DNA from: Savitreella phatthalungensis
Taxonomy: Eukaryota
Length of the DNA stretch: 64,000 bases
Assembly: GCA_051599415.1 (NCBI GenBank)
Contig: AP039708.1
Span: forward strand, 1-64,000
Direction of reading: 5' to 3'
The translations under genes were made by a program, and so were the position numbers. Under the pieces are notes generated by a model. The model was given only the letters and a program-made list of their open reading frames with translations. It did not search any database and was not told the DNA's origin. Shown here piece by piece: positions 27,722 through 39,808 of the stretch (positions are counted from its first letter, which is position 1; each line of letters begins with the position of its first letter).

Positions 27722-28780
27722 TCAGCCAGGACACTCGAGGACGAGCCGGCGCTCAACTTCGGTCTCCTTTCCGATCTCCTCTTCGCCCTCGAATTTCAAG
27801 AGACAGATGTCGCGGCGGCTCGCTGTCACTTCCGCCTTGTAGAATGTCGTTGTTTCCGGGTAACGTGCCAACACGATCGTGCCTCTCGGATGTGGAGTTA
27901 GTCCGTGATTGCTCGAGGGCACATGGAGCAATTGAGACATCGTCGTCTTGTAGGTTTGTCCGGGATTCCCTTGCTCGTCCGGTTCGGGATCCTGAACCTC
28001 CACACGTGCTTTTGGACCATCGCCGCCGGATATCCGCAATACTACACACTGAATCCAGTCGCCCCCGTCGCTCCCTTTCGTCTTTGGCGGCTTGAATGCG
28101 ACATTTGAGCCCACTCGAATGGCCGGATCGTCATGGTCACTAGTATCTTTAGCGCGTCTGCTTCCAGGCCCGACGCTGGTCTCTCTGACGTTTGCAGAAG
28201 ATCCAGATGAAGGCGTCTTTGCTGCACCGTTGCTTGCGTGATGATGATGACTCGACTTACCCTTCTTGAAGCGCTGCGGTGGCGGCGTCGTCGAGACAGT
28301 CACGACATCGCTCGCACCGTCATCGGTGCCGATGTCACGGGAGGTTTCTCGCTCCGCGCGGTTAAATTTTCCACCGGCAATCCCGCCAAGGCCTGGGCTG
28401 GAACCATTGAGACCGACGTCATGTGCTGCTAGCTTGCGCTTCTTATTGCGCCGATTCACGTCGTCTACTGCCCCGACGCCAGACTCGGTCGCCAGTCTGA
28501 GTGCGATGAGGACATCTAGTGATTCACGCACCTTTTCTAGAGCGGCGGACTCCCTTTCAAGTACTTCCACATAATCTCTGGAAGCTTTGCTGAGTGCGTC
28601 CACATTATCCAGCAGCTTCGCCTCATCTTCATACCCGACAAGCAGCTTCTTCAGCTTTGTGACTTGCTTGGCATGCGATTCTCCTTGTCCGTGCAATTCT
28701 TTCAGTGAACGCAGGTCTGCCACAGCCCCTGTCCACATAGATATCTCTTCCCCACCCTGCCGCGATTCATAACGGTCCAT
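27722..28780 (-). CDS. SGF29: SAGA-associated factor 29 (tandem Tudor)
   Basis: GS.VAFK..DWIQC.V, VQDPEPDE, VLARYPETTTFYKAEV, LKFEGEEE..VERRLVL. Confidence 0.93.
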   Translation of the reverse strand: MDRYESRQGGEEISMWTGAVADLRSLKELHGQGESHAKQVTKLKKLLVGYEDEAKLLDNVDALSKASRDYVEVLERESAALEKVRESLDVLIALRLATESGVGAVDDVNRRNKKRKLAAHDVGLNGSSPGLGGIAGGKFNRAERETSRDIGTDDGASDVVTVSTTPPPQRFKKGKSSHHHHASNGAAKTPSSGSSANVRETSVGPGSRRAKDTSDHDDPAIRVGSNVAFKPPKTKGSDGGDWIQCVVLRISGGDGPKARVEVQDPEPDEQGNPGQTYKTTMSQLLHVPSSNHGLTPHPRGTIVLARYPETTTFYKAEVTASRRDICLLKFEGEEEIGKETEVERRLVLECPG

Positions 28781-29440
28781 CAGGACCCAGTCGGGCTCAC
28801 TGCTCGACAGTCTTCGTTTGCGCGCCGTGCTGGACTTTCGGATCTAGATCAAGCTCGAGTGAGTCGAATGGAGCCAGGGCAGCACGAACCGAGGAGCAAA
28901 GAGTGCCTGCACTTACGACGAGTGCGGCGACACAGTGCAGAATCGAGAGGGATAGTAGCGACCTTGACCGTCCGCTAGCACACTGTCTGAATCTGTCAAC
29001 GTCTGACGTGCATTCAGGCAGTCTCGTTCAGATAGATCCTGATTGGCGAGGTCCCAATCGGAGGAGTGGAATCAAGTGGCGCAGTCTTGTGGCTGTGATT
29101 CGATTCGAAGATCAAGCTCTAACGCTCCCACTGCACCGGCGTGTCACTGTGCGCGCCCGGATGGGGCTCTGCGGGCGTCCACATCAATCGCAATGCGTGC
29201 ATATGAGGGCAATTAGCGAAAGAGCATCGGCATCCAACCACGTCGAAGAGAACAGTTCTGCTAATGCGTGCATCCAAACGTGCATCCAAACGTTCAAACG
29301 TATTCGAATTGCTCAGCCTGGCATAGTCCGTAGTCAGGTCGCGGCCGAACGATACTCCGCGGAGGACCAACTGCGTCACTGGTTAGATCAAGCGATCGAC
29401 CACCATTGTCAAGAAGAAAGGCAGGCACTGATCCGAAGCG

Positions 29441-30610
29441 ATGAATCCAGCACCACCAATCGTGCTTGATCAAGGCACTGGATTTGTGAAGGTCGGTTAT
29501 GCGGGCCAAAACTTTCCAGAGCAGCAGTATCCGTCGATCGTAGGCAGGCCGATTCTGCGAGCGGAAGAACGATCCGGCGATGTCGAACTCAAGGACATCA
29601 TGGTGGGTGATGAGGCAGCGAGTGTGAGATCAATGCTTCAAATATCCTATCCGATGGAGAACGGCATCATCCGCAACTGGGAAGACATGACACATCTGTG
29701 GGACTACACCTTCTACGAGGCATTGAAGACCGATCCCAGAGGCCAGAAAATCCTGCTGACAGAACCTCCAATGAATCCCGTGTCAAATCGGCAGCGCATG
29801 TGCGAGGAAATGTTTGAACGTTATGGATTCGACGGTGTCTATGTGGCTATCCAAGCCGTGCTTTCTCTCTACGCTCAAGGACTTTCGTCCGGTGTTGTGG
29901 TTGATTCCGGTGATGGTGTGACGCACATCGTGCCAGTCTACGAGTCGACTGTGCTGAATCATCTCACTCGAAGACTTGACGTGGCAGGTCGCGATGTCAC
30001 ACGGCAAATGATTGCCTTGTTGGCACGGCGCGGATATGCACTCAACAGAACCGCAGACTTCGAGACCGTGCGCCAAATCAAGGAAAAGGTGTGCTACGTT
30101 TCGTATGATCTCGAGCTTGACCACAAGCTTGCAGACGAGACAACCACACTTGTTGAGGAGTACACACTGCCGGATGGTCGAGTCATCAAGGTCGGCAGTG
30201 AGCGCTTCGAAGCGCCAGAGTGTCTATTCCAGCCGCATCTGGTGGACTGTGAGCAGCCTGGCATGGCAGAATTCCTGTTCCAGACTATTCAGAGCGCCGA
30301 CGTGGATGTACGCGGAGATCTATACAAAGCAATCGTCCTGTCCGGTGGATCGTCTATGTATCCAGGGCTTCCTACCCGGCTCGAGAAGGAGCTCAAGCAG
30401 CTCTGGCTTACAAAGGTTCTGCACGGCGATCCAGCCCGCCTTTCCAAATTCAAGGTGCGTGTTGAGGACCCACCAAGGCGGAGACATTCTGTGTTTATCG
30501 GTGGCGCTGTCCTTGCCAATATCATGGCGGCCAATGAGCAAATGTGGGTCACAAAGCAGGAATGGTCTGAGCTCGGTCCGCAGCAGGCGCTCGCCAAGCT
30601 CGGACGTTGA
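29441..30610 (+). CDS. ARP2: Actin-related protein 2 (Arp2/3 complex)
   Basis: [54 protein letters not shown]. Confidence 0.97.
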   Translation: MNPAPPIVLDQGTGFVKVGYAGQNFPEQQYPSIVGRPILRAEERSGDVELKDIMVGDEAASVRSMLQISYPMENGIIRNWEDMTHLWDYTFYEALKTDPRGQKILLTEPPMNPVSNRQRMCEEMFERYGFDGVYVAIQAVLSLYAQGLSSGVVVDSGDGVTHIVPVYESTVLNHLTRRLDVAGRDVTRQMIALLARRGYALNRTADFETVRQIKEKVCYVSYDLELDHKLADETTTLVEEYTLPDGRVIKVGSERFEAPECLFQPHLVDCEQPGMAEFLFQTIQSADVDVRGDLYKAIVLSGGSSMYPGLPTRLEKELKQLWLTKVLHGDPARLSKFKVRVEDPPRRRHSVFIGGAVLANIMAANEQMWVTKQEWSELGPQQALAKLGR

Positions 30611-30669
30611 TCGTCAAATGGTAGAACCACGTGTACTAAGAAATCGAAGAAGAAAACGACGAGCTTCGG

Positions 30670-31392
30670 CTAAACTACCCTGGCTGAGGTCTTGGAGTTG
30701 CGAATAATAGCGGGTGACTGCGTCCGAGCTTTGCTTGGGAGAACGGAGGACGAGGATGGCTTCACGCGCATTCCTACGCCGCTGAACCCGACCCCAGGTA
30801 GTGGACTCCCTGTCGCAGATGCGTATACTCCTTTGGCCTGCGTCTGATTAGGTGTGTGCGCCTGCTCGCGCAGCCTGCGCTGTGATGGTGAAACCGGAAT
30901 TCGGGATTGCAGAAGACTTGACATCACAGCACTGGCTGCGATGCTGTCTGCTTTGGCCGAACGCTCCACTGGCGGCGTAAAAGTCCTGCTTACAGCGGGG
31001 GAGCGCGAGACTGAGTCGACACGATTTGTGGGGGCCCGAACCCTTATATGCCTTGTTGGCGCTGACGTTTGTATATTGACCGAGCGCACGGCAAGCTTGT
31101 CTCCGCAAATCTCGTCCTGCTTCGTTGGAATACCATGGCGAAGCATCGTCTGCGAAGCCTTTGCTTTAAGTGTTCGTCCTGGCGCTGTAGCGCTTGTTTC
31201 TCTGTCACTTAGCACATGAGGTTGTATTGCGCACGGCTGTTTGACAGCTCGCTGACCGACGGGTATGGGTCCATCACCTGCGCGTAACGAGGCAAACTGT
31301 TCGGCAGCACGTTTGCGCAAGACCGCAGAGAAATTGGCACGAGTGATGAGCTGTTCAGCGGGCTTCCGCTTTGGCGCAGCGTTGCTCGACAT
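30670..31392 (-). CDS. Hypothetical basic low-complexity protein
   Basis: 240-aa ATG ORF filling the gap between ARP2 and CDK8; no recognisable domain. Confidence 0.5.
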   Translation of the reverse strand: MSSNAAPKRKPAEQLITRANFSAVLRKRAAEQFASLRAGDGPIPVGQRAVKQPCAIQPHVLSDRETSATAPGRTLKAKASQTMLRHGIPTKQDEICGDKLAVRSVNIQTSAPTRHIRVRAPTNRVDSVSRSPAVSRTFTPPVERSAKADSIAASAVMSSLLQSRIPVSPSQRRLREQAHTPNQTQAKGVYASATGSPLPGVGFSGVGMRVKPSSSSVLPSKARTQSPAIIRNSKTSARVV

Positions 31393-31576
31393 GACTGGTT
31401 GTTGTGAATTTTACAACGTCGAATACTCTTGTTTTGATCACGTTTTCTACCGTTGCGGCAGCCAACCCAACGTACGCACAAGATCAAATGCTAAATTTGG
31501 AACCGCGTTTGCAAAGATGATCAACCCGAAGAAGACGTGCTGCCAGTAGATCGAGAGATAGGATTATGCGCTGTAC

Positions 31577-32986
31577 ATGATGCAGCCGTACCTTCGCAGG
31601 AAGGAAGCTGGCAGATCGCGCGTGCTCGACCGCTATGTGATACTTGGCTTCATTGCGTCTGGCACTTATGGCAAAGTCTACAAGGCAAAGTCAAAGTATC
31701 TTGAGGTCAAGGAGGAATATGCTATCAAGAAGTTTAAGCCTGAGCGCGAAGGCGAGGCGGCTCAGCAATACACAGGCCTTTCACAATCTGCTATTCGCGA
31801 GATGTCGCTTTGCAGGGAGATTCGACATGACAATATAGTGCACCTCCACGACGTCATCCTCGAGGATAAGTGCATCTTCATGGTTTTTGAGTACGCGGAG
31901 CATGACTTGCTACAAATTATCCACTATCACTCGCACCACGAAAAAGACAAAGGACTGAAGCGTCGCATCCCGGATCTGACTGTCCGATCTATCATTGCGC
32001 AGCTGCTTGCGGGTGTAGCCTATCTCCACGAAAATTGGATAATGCACAGAGACTTGAAACCAGCTAACATCATGATCGATGTCCACGGTCAAGTCAAGAT
32101 AGGCGATCTTGGCCTGGCGCGCGTGTTTCGCAATCCGCTTCAGAGTCTCTATCTAGGCGATAAAGTGGTCGTCACGATCTGGTATCGTGCACCCGAACTT
32201 GTGCTGGGTGCGAAGCATTACACACCAGCGATCGATCTCTGGGCGATCGGTTGCATCTTCGCTGAGCTTCTTGTCTTGAAACCGTTGTTCAAAGGAGATG
32301 AGATGAAGATGGATAATAAAACCAAGACTATTCCGTTTCAGCGCCAGCAGATGGGCAAGATTATGGATATCCTCGGCGTACCGACATCGAAAGTATGGCC
32401 AGGCGTTGAGCACATGCCAGAGTTCAATCAGCTGCGTACTTATCGATCGCAGAATTTCACCAATAATCTGCCCACATGGTGGCAGGGAATCGGATGTCAG
32501 GCGACTTCGAGTCCGCACGGCCTCAGTCTGCTGTCGAAGCTGCTCGAATACGACCCGAGCAAGCGCATTACAGCCCGGACAGCGCTTGACTCGCACCCTT
32601 TCTTCGACGATATGCCTCAACACAGCAAGACAAATGCGTTCGAGGGATCAGGCTTGGTCTATCCACACAGGCAGATCCGTGCTGAAGACTCAGATCTGTC
32701 GAGCATGCACAAACAGCAAAATAGCGTTCTGATCCAAGCGACGAAACACGGGGTCACAGGATCCGCGGTTGCCACTGCAAAGCACACACATAGTAATGCG
32801 AGTAGCGTTGCAGCGGTAGCCGCGATGGCTGCAGCTGTCAAGTCAACAAGCGCCCAGCAGCCGCGGGATTATCAGCAGCTTCAGACTCAGTACTATTCAC
32901 ATCGCCCTCCACTTGGCAGCCAACCGACCAAACGAAGACCCCAAGACGAACTTGATGCAGGACTGTCGAAACGTTTGATGCATTAG
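31577..32986 (+). CDS. SSN3: Mediator kinase CDK8 (Ssn3/Srb10)
   Basis: GFIASGTYGKVYKA, GLSQSAIRE, FEYAEHDLLQII, HRDLKPANI, GDLGLAR, DKVVVTIWYRAPEL. Confidence 0.96.
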   Translation: MMQPYLRRKEAGRSRVLDRYVILGFIASGTYGKVYKAKSKYLEVKEEYAIKKFKPEREGEAAQQYTGLSQSAIREMSLCREIRHDNIVHLHDVILEDKCIFMVFEYAEHDLLQIIHYHSHHEKDKGLKRRIPDLTVRSIIAQLLAGVAYLHENWIMHRDLKPANIMIDVHGQVKIGDLGLARVFRNPLQSLYLGDKVVVTIWYRAPELVLGAKHYTPAIDLWAIGCIFAELLVLKPLFKGDEMKMDNKTKTIPFQRQQMGKIMDILGVPTSKVWPGVEHMPEFNQLRTYRSQNFTNNLPTWWQGIGCQATSSPHGLSLLSKLLEYDPSKRITARTALDSHPFFDDMPQHSKTNAFEGSGLVYPHRQIRAEDSDLSSMHKQQNSVLIQATKHGVTGSAVATAKHTHSNASSVAAVAAMAAAVKSTSAQQPRDYQQLQTQYYSHRPPLGSQPTKRRPQDELDAGLSKRLMH

Positions 32987-33236
32987 AAAACGGCCTTGTT
33001 TTGGCTTGACTTACGAGATATGAAACATGATGAGTGCACATTTAGTCTGGGACAAGAAAAGAAGACCTTAAGCAAATGATCTTAGCGGCAGACTTTCAGA
33101 GCACTCCTGAGCGCGTCAGAGAGAAGATTAGTTTGCATGAATCACATGGACACCTCTTCTGTTCGGGTAGCCATCATGACATGGATGACAATTTGCAGTA
33201 TTCGTCATTCGCGCAGTTGCCTCTCTGTAAATCGCC

Positions 33237-34721
33237 TCACTCTCCCTGATATACCATGCCCCATTTGCTGTTCTTCCGAAGCGACTGACCGTACTTTATT
33301 AGGAGCACTGGCCCGAACATGGCAACGACGCCAATACCTCCCAGCATGGAAAAGCTGCCCTGGACGCTCATATTCACCAACATGCGTCTCGTGAATAAGA
33401 TGAAAGCTGTAGCGAGCAAGGAGCGCAGCATGACGTTAGCTGACACCGCGGAAGCAGCATAAGGCCCATAGCAGTCGGAGCAAAATAGCATACTGCTCAT
33501 GAAGATGCAAATGATGCCCATTCCTGCAAATACACCGGCGATGGTAGGCACAATCCAATGGATCGAGCTATACGGTGCCGTCCAGGCGAACAAGAAGAGA
33601 CCAGTCGGCAGAGCAACAGCTCCAGGCAACATCGGATGCAGTCGCCGCTCGACATCTGGATGGCCAAGTTTAATGAAAGACCGTCGGTAGCTCGGATTGA
33701 AAGAAACGACACAGATGGCGCCGACCACGACGCCGACAATGACGCCAAGCAAAGGCAGGGTTGCAAGCGTGAAGCTGAAGCGCCGGATCCCCTGGAAGAC
33801 GAAATTGTATGCCAGGAGGAACGAGTATAGCAGAGCATATCCAATCGCCGTATAAATGGACACGAACAACAGAGCCGGCTCCGTGACAAGCATGACAAAA
33901 GGTCTTATCAGATACTTCGGCACCACTTGCTTGAGGGTGATTGGATGAGCTTCAAGAGGTGCGATGACGTTGTGTCCCTCTTTTCGCATTTTCAGGGCAC
34001 GCCTTTTGAGCAATACTGGCACGTAGGTCTCCTTCATCGGAATCGTTAGCAGCCAGAGCAGCCCTCCGAAGATACATACGAGCCAGCTTGTCCATCGCCA
34101 GCCGAGATGCACGGCCGTGAAGCTTCCGATGATGGGACCCAGAGCCGGCGAAGCGAAAATCGTGCTGACGCCAAATGCCATCACAAAGGCGCGCTGCACG
34201 GGCGGCCACATATCGGACGTACTGCCCGCAATGAGTGGAAGCATGACTGACCCGAACGCCCCCTCCAGGAATCGCCCGATCAGCACCGCTGCGGCATCTT
34301 GAGCGAACCCCACCAATAGGTGGAAGATAATGAAAAGAAAAAAGGCAGTGAGATAGAGCAATTGTCTGCCGAGTCCTTCTGACAAAGGACCAAAGACAAT
34401 TGGTCCGAGGGTGAATCCGAGGGTGAAAAGAGCAATTGACAAAACAGAGACTTCATAGTCAAGATCGAATAAGCGGACGAATTCAGGCAGAGACCCTGAA
34501 AAGATAGAGGACGACCACGCGGCGGCCATCGTCATCAGGGAAACTATCACCGTCTGGTACACGCGCCGAGCCAAGCTCATGTTATACGGATGCTCCGGAT
34601 CTGATTCCGACATCGAAAGCAGGACTGGTTCGCCCTCCTCCCGAATATGCAAAGCGTCCTTTTCGACTTGCATATCGATCGGTTGTTGATCCTGGCTGCG
34701 CATTGATGTCGTCGAAGTCAT
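33237..34721 (-). CDS. MFS transporter, DHA1-like drug:H+ antiporter
   Basis: DPEHPYN, GPIVFGPLSE.LGR, GWRW, KETYVPVLL, RPFVMLVTEP; about 12 TM helices; likely ATG at 34721. Confidence 0.9.
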   Translation of the reverse strand: MTSTTSMRSQDQQPIDMQVEKDALHIREEGEPVLLSMSESDPEHPYNMSLARRVYQTVIVSLMTMAAAWSSSIFSGSLPEFVRLFDLDYEVSVLSIALFTLGFTLGPIVFGPLSEGLGRQLLYLTAFFLFIIFHLLVGFAQDAAAVLIGRFLEGAFGSVMLPLIAGSTSDMWPPVQRAFVMAFGVSTIFASPALGPIIGSFTAVHLGWRWTSWLVCIFGGLLWLLTIPMKETYVPVLLKRRALKMRKEGHNVIAPLEAHPITLKQVVPKYLIRPFVMLVTEPALLFVSIYTAIGYALLYSFLLAYNFVFQGIRRFSFTLATLPLLGVIVGVVVGAICVVSFNPSYRRSFIKLGHPDVERRLHPMLPGAVALPTGLFLFAWTAPYSSIHWIVPTIAGVFAGMGIICIFMSSMLFCSDCYGPYAASAVSANVMLRSLLATAFILFTRRMLVNMSVQGSFSMLGGIGVVAMFGPVLLIKYGQSLRKNSKWGMVYQGE

Positions 34722-35936
34722 AATCTCGGGAGCGAGCCTAGCTGACCTAGTCGCGGATTGACTGGCCGTCTTTGCCCTCACCTGGAGGATTGAAACAATC
34801 ACCAGGTCAGTCTTTAGTAATGAAGTGTTGATGCATACGTCTGCAGATTCATGGAGTCTAGACTCGCGATTTATCGAGCAACCGGCATGTCAAGAGCGGT
34901 TCTGCGCTGTAGTCTATCACTTGACGGCACGCGGCAGTGTTTAGTATGTCTTCATACTGGTTCCTCGGCCCTCTCGCGAGACTTGACTAAGCTGAAGCGG
35001 GCCAGGATGCAAACCTTGATTCGATTTCGCGATCCTGTGAGTCGAACATCAAATCGTGAGTGGGACCGGCATCTGCCTAAGATTCCGATGAGGCAGAAGT
35101 AAGAAACTAGTCTGGCTTTAAATTGACAGGATGTCGCTGACACGACCCAGATTGTGGCCGAGCCCTCCCCAGGAATTCCAACAAATCAGAATGAAGGCAT
35201 TTCGATTGGCGAACTAACCTACAACGAGTGAACGGTCCGATCGGATCTCACCACATTCCAGCAGTCCATCATTTTCTGCTGTCACTGCTGTATCTCATGC
35301 GCACGGCTTCAGAAACGAGCCTGCCATGGGTAGTTGCACAACTAGACCTTGAGTCGTTATTGTCAGGCGTTTGAGTGACAATGGTCAAACGGATTCCACT
35401 ACCATGAGGCCAGATGCGATTGTGTCGACGCTATCGGTGTCGGACGAGCGCCCGAAGGTATGCATACTTATCGAGCGGCGATCTACAATTGCAAACTTCA
35501 GCCTTGCTCTGAGCCGTAGGTGGGGCATCATCCCTGCATTTGCTAGATAGTTGATCTATGCGGCCTTCCGTGCCTTCAACATCGGCACATCGTGAGCACT
35601 GACGACGCTCACAATGACATGGCTTGTTGACGCCTCTATTCCGACATGCAATGCTGGACGAAGACATTCGGAATTTCAATGGAGATCACGGGAGCGCTGA
35701 GCTGCCTGCGCGTTCGGAATGTCTGCCTGTGCCATGCATATCGGAACGATCTAAGCTCATGGAAGTCATCGGCCTGGAAAGCTCATTTCCATTTACCTTT
35801 TGCCATTTCCAGCATGTACAGTATGTCACATAAAGAGAGACGTTGCCCGGCAAGAGCATCGATATTCTAGTACGCGTGTGTACGTTGATAACTGGCACAT
35901 AGCCAGATGTCTGATTTTGGATCGACACGCGTTTTC

Positions 35937-36015
35937 TGTGCGTGTATATGCGTGTGTCTGTGTGTGTATGTGTGTGTATGTGTGTGTATGTGTGTGTATG
36001 TGTGCGTGTGTGTGT
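35937..36015. repeat. (TG)n/(TGTGTGTA)n microsatellite
   Basis: Direct inspection. Confidence 0.9.
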
Positions 36016-36435
36016 CGAATTACAAGTCTGAGCGAGCAATTATCCATGAAGGGCGAATCCGGGCACCTGGAAGATCAAGTGAACCTTTTCGTGCATCATC
36101 CTGTGCGAATCACAATTTCCTGCCAGGCTATACTCTCTCTCACTCGTAGTAGCACGCGTGGATAAAGCACGACACCGAGGAGCGCAAGGGCAAGCGTTGT
36201 GCCTGCGATTAGGAGGCATCATCAGCTGCCGTGGTATCTCTTTACCTTCTCAGCACCATAGCAACTGACGTACGGCGAACCTGTCTCGGCGGGCTGTAAA
36301 GCTCGGGCGCGTACGAAGAGACGGTGCTTGCGCTCACTTGCAGGTCTGTGACGCCGCTCGTCGCTGCCTGCCAAACAAATTTGATCTGGCCAGACAGTCG
36401 CTCTCTATATAAACCTTACGTCCTTTTTTCCCTAG

Positions 36436-37008
<573 letters not shown>

Positions 37009-37134
37009 ATTTGGGTGATCTCGAATCGCGACACCCCGAACATCTCAGCGCACCTCACTATGTACCACAAGCACAAGCACGCTCCGCTCTTTCATATTAA
37101 TGTTTCCGCTGTCTTCGGATGAGGCTGCATCCGT

Positions 37135-37817
37135 TCAGGCAGGTCGTGTCTGAAATTCCGCGTAGTACTTTCGTGCATGTGCCTCGAGCATCTGCAAGGT
37201 ACCTTCATTGATTTCTTCGATCTCGGCTGGCTGCCCGTAGCAGCGGGAGAAGGAGGTGACAAACGAGCGAGGCGGAACGATGGTGTCGTTCTCTATAATG
37301 ACGCCGTCTCGGATGATTGAGAAATTACCCTGCATCCATTAGTCAATCAGTTGGTGGTTTTTTCTCTTTTTGAATGAGGAGGCCTCACCAATATGCAACG
37401 TTTGCCTATCCGAACGCCGTCTCCGATACTAGAGCACTCGACGATCGACCCTGCCCCTACATGGACAAATTGTCCGATTCGCTGGGGATGATACACTTTT
37501 AAGCCAGTACTCGAGACGATATGTGGTGGCCGCATCTCGACTCCAGCCCCAAGCAAGGAATATCTGCCAATTGTGACGCTCACGTGATCTCCCGTAGAGC
37601 TCGAGTGGTTTGCTCTGCCAACGGCGCTTCTGGAGCGCTCCAGCTCTTGTGCGGGAGATCGAAGATCCCCACGAATCGTGCAATCACGATGAATGATGGT
37701 CTTTCCAGCCAAGACGATGTGCTGTGTTCCGTGTAGCTTGAGCCCATTGCGGTTCAGCTTATTGCCGCTCTCGGTAACAATCCAGCCTAGATCAATATCC
37801 TCCGGCCTGACCGACAT
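37135..37817 (-). CDS. DCTN5: Dynactin subunit 5 (p25), 2 exons (37817-37389, 37329-37135)
   Basis: TESGNK..GTQHIVLAGKTII..IRGDLR, left-handed beta-helix repeats; the 59-nt intron GTGAGG..CTAAT..CAG at 37388-37330 joins the two ORFs in frame. Confidence 0.9.
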
Positions 37818-38268
37818 GTCTGGCTCGGTCTTCCGGACGGATCACCCGTGGACATCGATTGAATGACTCTTTGCTAGCGCTGCTGGAAATTTACGTAGAC
37901 GTCGCAAACCAGTGCGGAGCCGGCAAAGCGTTTCGGTCCTGAGCTGCCACGGCTACCTGCACAGGGCTGCCGGCGTTCAAGGCTGGGTCGCTAGCGCTTG
38001 GCTCCAGTAAGTACTGGAGATCATCGCATACCAACAGCCTAATACCTTGATACCATTGCGGGCAAGCAAAGCGAAGACGACCATGTATTCACACAGATCA
38101 CGGACACCAAAATCTTCAGTAACTTTAGAATAAATGCATCAAGGTCATTAAAGGTAGCTAGCGCAAGCCAAGTCCGTGGTCGGGAACTTCCTACAGCGTT
38201 TGTCTTGCGGAGTGTTACATGCAGGGGAGTCTGAAGTCATTCATGTCTGTCGACTTGCAGCCGGATGT

Positions 38269-38700
38269 TCAAGCGACGCGAGAAGCCACGCAGCGCTCGC
38301 TTTCGAGTCTCGCCTGGTTAGCCGCGCGTAGTTCAGCCTTGCAATCCGCGAGGCCTTTACAATTGTGCTGCTCAAGCAGCCTATGCTTTGCGCAGAAGAC
38401 TCCAGAGCATCGGCTGCAGTCAAGGCCGCGCAAAGCAGGCGCAGAACATTCCGTATGTTGGCATCGCTTCTTCGAGGCGCCTCCACAAAGGCGGTGAGTG
38501 ACGCGGACTGTGGTCTCCGAGGTCAAAACGTCAAAGTCTGCGGCGCTGCGCAGAAGTCTCCCGCCTGCGCGCAGAATCTGCGCGTCTGCAGGTATGCCCG
38601 TGGCGCGCTCAATTTCTGAAGTGAGCGCGGCACAGGTTGGTGCGCTAGCGTCATCAAAACGCATCACACGAGTTGTATCTGCGGCGATGAAGAGCTGCAT
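38269..38700 (-). CDS. Ubiquitin-like domain + AN1 zinc finger fusion protein
   Basis: MQLFI..TGIPADAQIL..GGR.L..RLCGG then C..C..C..C..FC.KHRLLEQHNC; likely ATG at 38700. Confidence 0.88.
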   Translation of the reverse strand: MQLFIAADTTRVMRFDDASAPTCAALTSEIERATGIPADAQILRAGGRLLRSAADFDVLTSETTVRVTHRLCGGASKKRCQHTECSAPALRGLDCSRCSGVFCAKHRLLEQHNCKGLADCKAELRAANQARLESERCVASRVA

Positions 38701-39808
38701 CGCGGTGTTCTTTGAATGGATGACTGTCTTCTTCGGAAGGCTATGCTGGAAATGACGTGCGCACGTCAATAAGCGAGTTGAGATGTTCTGCTGTCCAGCG
38801 GTGTGTCACGGTGCTGGTGACGAGTAGGTTGGAGGTGATGTGTTCGCGGTTGCGGTTGCGGAGTTCCGGTAGTGGAAAGTAAGTGATTGCGTGGCCTTGC
38901 CGACCACCCTTCTTGCTGTCAGGTTTAGTGAATATGATTCATCAAGTGATATGATACAGTAATACTGTTTCCACTCGGATTTGCTCGAGTCTGATAGCAG
39001 TCGGTATCATTACGTCGAATGATCTCTGTCTGAATTTAGGGTTAATCTGATGAGCCTGGGATGGCTTCTTGATTCTTCGGTGGCGGGAAGGTGCTCGCAT
39101 GCCGTGCTTCCTTTGGGTCGAGATACGTCTATTTATGAAAGAGATTACTTTTGATCAGAGCATTGAGCATCAGCCTCTCGCCAGATCTGACTTGAGATCC
39201 AGTGTCGCGGGTGTACTAATTTGAATTACTGCCAATTACCCGCCACAGACAACAAGCTTGCTCACCGCTGCACTGATATCCGAACCGATCCAGATCAGAG
39301 TTTCCATTCGAATTTGAAAATGCAAGAGGCTGACAACCTGCAGCGCGCACCTGCACCTAGCCAAGCGGGACCGATGATGTATCTTACTCGATTCGCCAAG
39401 ATCGTATCACATCTCGGAGCGTTTTCAGTTTATCCTTACACGGCTACCCGAACCCATTATCACAGTGATCTTGTCGAATCTCCGAGGTGCTGGACTTATC
39501 TTACTTTCTTTCTATTCGATCTTTACCATTAGCAGCATAAAGATTAGCACATCGACTGCACGTCATGCATTGATTGCGGGGAATGTTTATATGTTTGAGC
39601 AAACAGTATCCAATACACCTGTCGACCACGCGTTGGAAGGCTGTCGTTCCTGACTTATGCAAAGCGATTTCCTCAACATTTCTAGCATTGATATGTCAGG
39701 CTGTTAGCGCTGTTCCTTGACGAATCTGCACTTAGACGAGGATGACCTGGCCAGGAAATCATTTCACCATCTAATGAGAAGAAAGAGTGAGGACACGAAC
39801 TCTCCAGC

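Noticed and set aside
39036..39044. TAACCCTAA on the minus strand, identical to the filamentous-fungal telomerase template
   Set aside because: A 9-mer has roughly even odds by chance here. It lies about 340 nt upstream of the UBL-AN1 ATG with no evident U-rich pseudoknot, so a promoter telobox site is as likely. A covariance-model search would settle it.
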